Position numbers and translations under genes: made by a program
Notes under the pieces: generated by a model
What the model was told of the DNA's origin: nothing
The model's database searches: none
What the model saw: the letters and a program-made list of their open reading frames with translations, nothing else
Source: an uncultured Pseudoflavonifractor sp.
GTDB lineage: Bacteria > Bacillota > Clostridia > Oscillospirales > Oscillospiraceae
Direction of reading: 5' to 3'
NCBI GenBank assembly: GCA_964504285.1
Contig: CAZDDZ010000005.1
Coordinates: forward strand, 1,084-65,083
DNA: 64,000 nt
Shown here: positions 28,016-34,613 of the stretch, piece after piece
How positions within the stretch are numbered: position 1 is the stretch's first letter
Layout: each line of letters starts with the position of its first letter

Positions 28016-28699
28016 ATGGCCGATACCGTGCTCATTGTGGACGACGACCGGGCTGTCCTCACCATGCTGTGCAAGGTGGTGCGCAGCAACGGCATTGAGG
28101 CCGTTACCGCCAACAGCGGGGAGCAGGCGCTGGCCCTGATGGACGAGGGCAAATACGACCTGATCATTATGGATGTGAATATGCACGGCATGGATGGCTT
28201 TCAGGCTGTGCAGGCCATTCGAGGCAAGGGAATCAAGACCCCCATCATCATTGTCAGCGGGCGGAAAGAGGACTACGACACCATCTACGGTCTGGACATC
28301 GGTGCGGACGACTATATTACCAAGCCGTTTAACCCGGTGACCTTGGGGGCAAAGGTCAAGGCGCTTATCCGCCGCAGCCGCGACCAGCTGCCCGGAGCCG
28401 ACAGCACCATTGCCGCAGGCCCTTTTCAGTATAACACAAGCACTCTGCGTTTTTACAAGGACGGAACAGAAATTTCCCTTTCCTCCAAAGAAAATGCCAT
28501 GATGAAGCTTTTTATAGACAATGTAAACCGTATTTTTTCCAAGGATATGCTCTATGACCTCATCTGGGGCGAGGCTATTATTGACGAAAACGCCATCATG
28601 GTGTACGTTAACCGGCTTCGTCAAAAAATTGAGGAGGATCCCGCCAAGCCCCATTATATCCAGACAGTACGGGGATTGGGGTATCGATTTGTGGTATAA
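28016..28699 (+). CDS. OmpR-family response regulator
   Basis: VLIVDDD, DLIIMDVNMHGMDG and C-terminal YIQTVRGLGYRF. ATG 28016 is preferred over GTG 28007. Confidence 0.9.
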   Translation: MADTVLIVDDDRAVLTMLCKVVRSNGIEAVTANSGEQALALMDEGKYDLIIMDVNMHGMDGFQAVQAIRGKGIKTPIIIVSGRKEDYDTIYGLDIGADDYITKPFNPVTLGAKVKALIRRSRDQLPGADSTIAAGPFQYNTSTLRFYKDGTEISLSSKENAMMKLFIDNVNRIFSKDMLYDLIWGEAIIDENAIMVYVNRLRQKIEEDPAKPHYIQTVRGLGYRFVV

Positions 28700-28797
28700 T
28701 AACCGCAGCGCAGTTATTATACGCGCATGTGGACACTTGGTGTCCACGCGCTGGGATTTTAGCCCCGGCGCGGGACGTGCCGGTGGCATATTATACC
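28693..28797 (+). repeat. Family-C modular three-hairpin repeat, copy C1
   Basis: ggtataataac..gttattat acgcgcat gtggacac-ttg-gtgtccac gcgctgggattttagcc ccggcgc-gggac-gtgccgg tggcatattatacc. The regulator stop codon TAA (28697-28699) lies inside it. Confidence 0.75.
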
Positions 28798-28812
28798 GCA
28801 ACCTGCGGTTGT

Positions 28813-28917
28813 GGTATAATAACCGCGTTGTGGTTATTATACGCGCATGTGGACACTCGGTGTCCACGCGCTGGGATTTTAGCCCCGGCACGGGACGCGC
28901 CGAGGGCAGGTTATGTC
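28813..28917 (+). repeat. Family-C repeat, copy C2 (tandem to C1)
   Basis: Same module order as C1, with point differences. Confidence 0.75.
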
Positions 28918-28954
28918 ACAAATAAAATTTGTCATATAACAGAATATTAAAACA

Positions 28955-28993
28955 GAGCTGCCGCGTTAGTTCGCGGCAGCTCCGTTTTTTGTT
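28955..28993. terminator. Bidirectional intrinsic terminator
   Basis: gagctgccgcg-ttagtt-cgcggcagctc followed by cgttttttgtttt, and A-rich on the other side. It lies 10 nt downstream of the stop of the large surface-protein gene. Confidence 0.8.
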
Positions 28994-29002
28994 TTGCCGA
29001 AA

Positions 29003-32000
29003 TTACTTTACCAGCAGGGTAATCATGCGCTCCATAAGGGCGGCAACCTCGCCACGGGTGGCGGAGGCTGCGGGATCAAGACGCTGACCGCCCTTGCCGG
29101 TAAGCAGACCTGCGGATACGGCCCAGGTCATGCCGTCCTTGGCCCAGTCGGATACCAGACCGCCATCGGAGAAATCGGTCAAGGGGGTGCTGTTCACGGC
29201 AGTGTCCAGCCCCGCAGCCTTGGCGTAACGGTACAGGAAGGCGGCAAGCTGCTCTCGGGTCACACTGACGTCGGGGGCAAAGCCACCTGCTGAGCCGGTA
29301 ACGATACCTTGCTCGCCTGCCCAGGACACGGCGTCTGCGTACCAGGCGTCGGCGGGAATGTCGGTAAAGTCGGTGCCGGTTGCCGCCGGGCTGTTTTCCA
29401 GCCGGTGGAGAACAGTTACCAGCATGGCGCGGGACATATATTCCTCTGCGTCAAAGCGGTCCGCGCTGCTGCCCTGGAACAGCCCATGGCTGGCCGCGAA
29501 GCCAACTGCACCGGCTGCCCAATGGGTGGCGGGCACATCGGAAAATACGGCCAAACGGTTGACTGCCGTCACAGTAGCCGAGCCGCCCAGCAGGGCATAG
29601 GTCACGCCGTCGGACACCAGGGACTTGGGCAATACGGTCAGAGTACCGTCCGCCTCCACCAGTGCGGCAACCAGGGTGGGGGAAACATTGCTGCGAGCCA
29701 AAGGCGTTTTTAGGGTATCGGGCACGGGAATGGCGACCTTTAAGCCACCGCTGAGCTGATTAACAGCCTTACCGTCGGCGGCTACCGTAATGGCCACAGA
29801 GCCATCCACCCCGCGGTCAGCCGTGAGGGTGACCGTTTTGCCACCCTCTTGCGCCAGGGCGGCAAGACCAGCGGCATTCAGGGTAAGTGCGCCCACAGGA
29901 GTATCCATGGTCAGGCGCAGGCCGCTTTCCTTGGAAAGGGCGGAAATGGAGCTGCTGGGCAGCGCCACCGAGACCTTAGAAACGTCGCCCTTAATTTTGG
30001 GGGCGATGACCAGCTCGGTGGCTGTGTTCTTCTGGATGGCTTTCAATGCTTTATCCGTGTCCGCATTGGAGATGGTGACAGTGGCCGTGCCGTTTGTTAC
30101 CGTGGCAGTGGGGGTAAGCGTTTCAGTTTTTTCACCGGAAGGGGTTTCGGGTTTGGTGTCGGTAATTTTGTCGTTGTCCGGATACTTACCGGCGTTGGCC
30201 CCTAAATCATTTCCCAGATTTAACGTGTAGCGCCAAGTGATAACGTCACCGTTTTTGAGGGGATAGGCGTTACAACCAACGTCGGGATAGCTGCCGTTGA
30301 CCGCGTACATCCAGCCGCTGCCGCTGCCGTGGTCGAATTCTCCGTCTCCGTCAATAGAGCTAATATAGACACTGCCGTATTTCCCGCTGAAGGAAAACTT
30401 GTAAGCAATACTTTTTTCATCCAGAATCCGCTTAGTCACATCCCACGCGCTGTCTCCTTCTTTCAGGACAACCTGAACATCTTTTACCACATAGCCCCCG
30501 CCGATAGTGAGCTTATCGATGGAGAGGGTGACAGTTTCCTTTTCGGTTGGGGTGGGCGGAACGATGGTACCGCCGTTATCTACGGTAAAGGTAATCGCAG
30601 GCATTTCGCCCTGGTAGTGCTTATTGGTTACTTCCATGGGGCGATTTTGGATAACAGCAAAATAATTTTCCCTCACATAACCGTCTGTCAGGGTAAAGGT
30701 TCCGCTAATATCCTTGGGAACCACAAAGGACAAGGTTCTCAAATCTTCCTTTTTGTCCTTGCAGTCTTCCGTTTGCACCGTGGTCATATTGGGAATGTTA
30801 CTGCTGTAAACCAGCTTGAGGGAGGTGGTGCTCTGATTGCCCAACGCAACGAGCAGATTGGGGAAGTTAATGGTCACCTTAATACCCTCGGTCACCTTTT
30901 CCTGTGTGACCGTGTGCTGAAAGGTGGTAAGGTCGGCGACAGCCTTGTTGTAGGCTTTTATAGCTCCGTCCAGCGCGGTAACGGCCTCCTCTGCCTCCAA
31001 CCCCGTAAGCCCATCCTTTGTTAGGGTTTGATTGGCTTTGGAAATGGCTTCCTTTAGTACATTCCACGCGGTTTCGGCGCCATCCACCTCGACCACTGTC
31101 ATAGCTTCGGCAATTTTATCGGTTAAGGCCTTTTTCTGCGCATCGTTTACCGGTCTTTCTACAATGGTCACGGCACAGGTTGCGGTTTTACCGCCATCCA
31201 CAGTGGTGGCAGTTAGTGTAACAGGAGTTTGGGTAACCGCCTGCGCTGACAGGGTTCCGGAATTTAAATTTAAAGTAAACTGATCAGAGGAACTCCAGGA
31301 ATAGTTTTGATTTGTTGCCTCCGCGGGATACACAGTAGCCCCCAGCTTGCTGCCCAGTTCCGAGATTTGGAATTTGTCGCCTCTGTAAAGGGTCAGCGTT
31401 TTGGTGGTTAGCTCAATGCGCTCTACTTTGACGGCGGCTGATGTCTCTGCCACGTCAATTTTAAAATTAGGAAGGGTAGAGAATTCACCATCGTGAGTAT
31501 CACTCATGCCTGCATTGGAACCGCCCACCGCGGAGTTGGTTTTGTCACTGCCCAGCGCGCTGCCCCACCATTGGGAGAAGATTTTTCCGTTTGTAAACTC
31601 ATAAGAGCCGGCATCGGGAAATGTCATGGTAATTGCGTTTTTCGTTGCTAAGTCCCACTGGGTGGAGACACCCTCCAGCTTGCCGCCCAGGGCGGCGTTG
31701 GTGTAGTGAGCATAGGTGCCGTGGGTGCTCCAAGAGGGATTCCCCTGGTTTATATATTTCCAAGTGGGATTGTAAATGGTGGCCAGCTTATAGACGGGAG
31801 GAGTAATGCCCTTGAAGCTGACTTCGGCGGTGTCTCCCTTGGCAAGGGGAAGCCCGGGGAAGCTCACGTTTTTTATATTTAATTCAATTTTTCTGGCGTC
31901 GACCACTTGATAAAAACTTTTGGCTTCACCGGCGGTATCGGTAGCGACCACACCAATAATGTTGGAGCGGTTTTCTAAAGGAGCAAGGTAAGAACCATCT

Positions 32001-33661
32001 GATTCAGGGGTAAGAGTGCTCCCGTTGCAGGTGACCAAAAGACTTTTTGCCCCATCGGCGGTTACGGTAAAAGGAAGATTTACGCTGTTACCTTCATGAA
32101 AATAGATGGTGTCGTAGCTGCGCTGGGCAATGCTTGTGGTGGGGGTAATGCTGCCCTTTTCACCCACAGAGAACACCGCGTATGCAGTGTTTACCGAGGA
32201 GGAGGCGCCAAAAGTTTTCCCTTCGTAAACCAACTCGTCATAGGTGACCTTTACTATGGTGGTACCGGCCTTAACTGCGGTAACGGTAACCTTATCCTTG
32301 CTTTTAGGGGTGTCCAAGGTGATGCTGCTGCCGCCGATAATTTCAAAGTTAAAGTCGGGACGCTGCACATTGTTATTGGTGTAGTCGGTCACAATCTGGG
32401 GCACGCGGCGGGGAAAAATAGTGGCGGTATCTCCGATGGACAGGGACTTAAAATCGTATTGAAGCCAAAGGTCGTTTTGCCAGTCGTCGGGAACAGAGGA
32501 GGGGACAACGGGTGGAGTTAGCTTTTCCTCTACGGTAATGGTGCACCAAGGAGAGATAATGGGGGTTGCACCATCTCCGCTGGTGAAGGCACTGACCACA
32601 TAGGTGCCCGCCACGTCAAAGGAGATGGACGCAAGACCGTCTCCGTCTGTGATGGTCAAGGGAGTTGCAGAGATGCTATTGTTTTCTATCAGAGCAATTT
32701 TTGCACTAGGAACGGGCATATTGACGCGGTTGGGCTTTTGCGCGGTCATGAGAGAATAGCTGTTCAGTGTGAGCGCAATAGGATCTCCCACATAAGCCGT
32801 GATGCTGCTGACGGATGCGCCGTCCTGCTCGAACCAAGCATACAGGTCGGAAAAAAAGGAGTCTTCTTTATTGAAAAAGAACTGCACAAAGCTACCATCG
32901 GTGACCACGGCTTCGTTTATGAGCTTGCCGGTATATTCGCCATAAGTTGGGTTCACTACGCCATCGTTGGGTTGCTCACCATCTACGGCAAAACCGAAGC
33001 CGCTTGTGGTGGGCAGACCAAACGCCTTGGAAACCCAGCCGGAGGAGGTAACTGCCAGATACGTGTTCATCTCGTCCTTGGCTGTTGTGTCAAACAGATC
33101 CTCATGCAGTTTGACCAGCACATCCAGGGCGGTTATATCGTCAGCGCCAACCTCTGCACCGTAGGTATAGCCGTAGGATGCGGCAAGTCCTGCCGTGACA
33201 GAAATTTTTTGCCGTGGCACAAGGAAGGTGTCTGCTTGCTGTGCGCAGGAAATAATGGTTGCCTGTTTGTGGGTGAAAACTTCGGGAGCCACCGCTTCGG
33301 CAAAATAAATATGTGCACTAATTGCATTTAAACCACTCGCAACAATACAATAGCAACCATTTGGTATAATTGAAAAATCTTCTGTGGCTTTTGCTTCGGA
33401 CCAGGCTGACATAATATAGTTGCCCTGGAGACCTTGGACGGCTACACTGCCACCCATTTTTTCTTCGGGCACCTGAATCACATACTTGGGGACATCCTTA
33501 TTATTGTCCGTGCAAGACTCTAAACCCTCTTGTAAAACGGTTAGTTCTTGCCCATCTATTGTTGCGGTAAAGGGCACTGTGCTCTCTGCCAATGCGCCCA
33601 TAGGCACCAGCCCCAGAGTTAGCACCAGAGTCAGGAGCAGAGATAAAATGCGTTTTTTCAT
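29003..33661 (-). CDS. Large cell-surface protein: signal peptide, DUF4430 (transcobalamin beta-domain-like) module(s), Big_2 Ig-like domain, three C-terminal SLH domains
   Basis: Start moved to ATG 33661 (GAGGAGG RBS, MKKRILSLLLTLVLTLGLVPMGALA). DUF4430-like segment: GGGYVVKDVQVVLKEGDSAWDVT...YGSVYISSIDGDGEFDHGSGSGWMYAVNGSYPDVGCNAYPLKNGDVITWRY (about 30200-30540). SLH repeats: FSDVPATHWAAGAV, FTDIPADAWYADAVSWA, FSDGGLVSDWAKDGMTWA. Confidence 0.9.
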   Translation of the reverse strand: MKKRILSLLLTLVLTLGLVPMGALAESTVPFTATIDGQELTVLQEGLESCTDNNKDVPKYVIQVPEEKMGGSVAVQGLQGNYIMSAWSEAKATEDFSIIPNGCYCIVASGLNAISAHIYFAEAVAPEVFTHKQATIISCAQQADTFLVPRQKISVTAGLAASYGYTYGAEVGADDITALDVLVKLHEDLFDTTAKDEMNTYLAVTSSGWVSKAFGLPTTSGFGFAVDGEQPNDGVVNPTYGEYTGKLINEAVVTDGSFVQFFFNKEDSFFSDLYAWFEQDGASVSSITAYVGDPIALTLNSYSLMTAQKPNRVNMPVPSAKIALIENNSISATPLTITDGDGLASISFDVAGTYVVSAFTSGDGATPIISPWCTITVEEKLTPPVVPSSVPDDWQNDLWLQYDFKSLSIGDTATIFPRRVPQIVTDYTNNNVQRPDFNFEIIGGSSITLDTPKSKDKVTVTAVKAGTTIVKVTYDELVYEGKTFGASSSVNTAYAVFSVGEKGSITPTTSIAQRSYDTIYFHEGNSVNLPFTVTADGAKSLLVTCNGSTLTPESDGSYLAPLENRSNIIGVVATDTAGEAKSFYQVVDARKIELNIKNVSFPGLPLAKGDTAEVSFKGITPPVYKLATIYNPTWKYINQGNPSWSTHGTYAHYTNAALGGKLEGVSTQWDLATKNAITMTFPDAGSYEFTNGKIFSQWWGSALGSDKTNSAVGGSNAGMSDTHDGEFSTLPNFKIDVAETSAAVKVERIELTTKTLTLYRGDKFQISELGSKLGATVYPAEATNQNYSWSSSDQFTLNLNSGTLSAQAVTQTPVTLTATTVDGGKTATCAVTIVERPVNDAQKKALTDKIAEAMTVVEVDGAETAWNVLKEAISKANQTLTKDGLTGLEAEEAVTALDGAIKAYNKAVADLTTFQHTVTQEKVTEGIKVTINFPNLLVALGNQSTTSLKLVYSSNIPNMTTVQTEDCKDKKEDLRTLSFVVPKDISGTFTLTDGYVRENYFAVIQNRPMEVTNKHYQGEMPAITFTVDNGGTIVPPTPTEKETVTLSIDKLTIGGGYVVKDVQVVLKEGDSAWDVTKRILDEKSIAYKFSFSGKYGSVYISSIDGDGEFDHGSGSGWMYAVNGSYPDVGCNAYPLKNGDVITWRYTLNLGNDLGANAGKYPDNDKITDTKPETPSGEKTETLTPTATVTNGTATVTISNADTDKALKAIQKNTATELVIAPKIKGDVSKVSVALPSSSISALSKESGLRLTMDTPVGALTLNAAGLAALAQEGGKTVTLTADRGVDGSVAITVAADGKAVNQLSGGLKVAIPVPDTLKTPLARSNVSPTLVAALVEADGTLTVLPKSLVSDGVTYALLGGSATVTAVNRLAVFSDVPATHWAAGAVGFAASHGLFQGSSADRFDAEEYMSRAMLVTVLHRLENSPAATGTDFTDIPADAWYADAVSWAGEQGIVTGSAGGFAPDVSVTREQLAAFLYRYAKAAGLDTAVNSTPLTDFSDGGLVSDWAKDGMTWAVSAGLLTGKGGQRLDPAASATRGEVAALMERMITLLVK

Positions 33662-33691
33662 ATGACTTCCTCCTCGCTTTTTCAGAAAAAC

Positions 33692-33726
33692 AAAAAAACT
33701 GTGGCAATCCATTTGGATTGCCACAG
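33692..33726 (-). terminator. Intrinsic terminator forming the riboswitch expression platform
   Basis: On the minus strand, ctgtggcaatcc-aaat-ggattgccacag is followed by TTTTTTT, 30 nt upstream of the RBS. Confidence 0.8.
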
Positions 33727-33785
33727 CCGTTTTTCTGTGCCTAAATTGCCCCCTCCGCGTGCCCATACCCCGGGCAGGAGGGTGC

Positions 33786-33980
33786 CCCTTTCGTAGGTCT
33801 TCTGACTTGCGCTTATGGAGCCTGTTTCCAAGCTCCTGCGTACACACACAGCCTTCCCAGGTTGCCCCAGTGACCGACTTTCGTCGCGCGTGTGTCCTCA
33901 GCGTATACAGCGGCGGATACCGTTCGGGATTTTCACCCGATTCCCTTGTTCATCCCCCGTGCCAAACGCGACAGGAGCCA
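33786..33980 (-). promoter_or_regulatory. Cobalamin (B12) riboswitch
   Basis: The minus strand contains AACAAGGGAATCGGGTGAAAATCCCGAACGGTATCCGCCGCTGTA (33906-33950), GTCACTGGGGCAACCTGGGAAGGC (33851-33874) and the B12-box-like AAGTCAGAAGACCTAC (33793-33808), in the order expected for the cobalamin riboswitch consensus. Confidence 0.85.
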
Positions 33981-34007
33981 CAAAAGAGCTATGTAATTGT
34001 ATCTACT

Positions 34008-34036
34008 ATACTAGAGAGAACGGGGAGAAAAGTCAA
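34008..34036 (-). promoter_or_regulatory. Candidate promoter of the riboswitch-controlled transcript
   Basis: On the minus strand, TTGACT is followed by a 17-nt spacer and TAGTAT, just upstream of the riboswitch. Confidence 0.4.
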
Positions 34037-34147
34037 GAAAAATTTTGCGGCGGCGTGAGGATGCTTACAGGGTCTTAATTTTGCAAAAGGTATTGCTAAC
34101 ACTGTTTTTATCGGATGGGTGATAGGGTGTAAATAATAGGGGGAATA

Positions 34148-34345
34148 ATGATGATTCATCTGACGCAGATGCTGGCGCGCTTTACTTATAAAATTGACGT
34201 TGAGGTGCGGCGGGTAGTTCAAAGGTACCCGTGGTCCGCGTTTTTGATAATGCTAATTGGTGTGCCCATCTTTCTTGTGGCGGCAGTCACCTTCGCCACA
34301 GGAGTAATTATGCTGCCCGTATCGCTGCTGCTAGGTTGGCGTTAG
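34148..34345 (+). CDS. Small hypothetical membrane protein (65 aa)
   Basis: AGGGGG RBS and one long hydrophobic segment, SAFLIMLIGVPIFLVAAVTFATGVIMLPVSLLLG. Confidence 0.5.
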   Translation: MMIHLTQMLARFTYKIDVEVRRVVQRYPWSAFLIMLIGVPIFLVAAVTFATGVIMLPVSLLLGWR

Positions 34346-34409
34346 CAGTTTCTTAATGCAATCTTAACGCTGAAAGTTTATCTCTAATATAGTATTAAAA
34401 AAGCGGTAT

Positions 34410-34512
34410 GGTATAATAACTGCAATGCAGTTATTATACGCGCATTTCGGCACGAAGTGCCGAAGCGCTGGGATTTTAGCCAGCGGCCGGGACGGCCGCG
34501 TGGCATATTATA
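34410..34512 (+). repeat. Family-C repeat, copy C3
   Basis: Same flanks and loops as C1/C2, but hairpin 2 is ttcggcac-gaa-gtgccgaa and hairpin 3 is gcggcc-gggac-ggccgc (compensatory stems). Confidence 0.75.
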
Positions 34513-34529
34513 TTATGAATAGAATTCAT

Positions 34530-34585
34530 GATATAATAACTGCAATGCAGTTATTATACGCGTATTTCGGCACGAAGTGCGCCAG
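34530..34585 (+). repeat. Family-C repeat, truncated copy C4, immediately upstream of kdpD
   Basis: gatataataactgcaatgcagttattatacgcgtatttcggcacgaagtgcgcc; contains TGATATAAT at 34529-34537. Confidence 0.7.
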
Positions 34586-34613
34586 TAAAAAATCGGTATT
34601 GGGAGGGGCTCTT

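Noticed and set aside
27977-28891. 304-aa minus-strand ORF
   Set aside because: It is antisense to the OmpR-type regulator and extends through both family-C repeats. It has no independent support.
28693-28917. Tandem family-C repeats (also 34410-34585) as a possible CRISPR array
   Set aside because: There are only two units per locus. The units are about 105 bp and internally structured. There are no regular 25-40-bp repeats alternating with unique spacers, and no cas genes.
33662-33847. N-terminal extensions of ORF-track models: giant protein to 33847, kdpD from 34425, kdpA to 42682, carboxypeptidase to 21690, SIS protein to 3102, rubredoxin fusion to 24632, binding protein to 9689
   Set aside because: Each extension runs through a riboswitch terminator, repeats or a neighbouring gene. 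An internal start with a GGAGG-type RBS and a sensible N-terminus (signal peptide or family-typical start) exists in every case.
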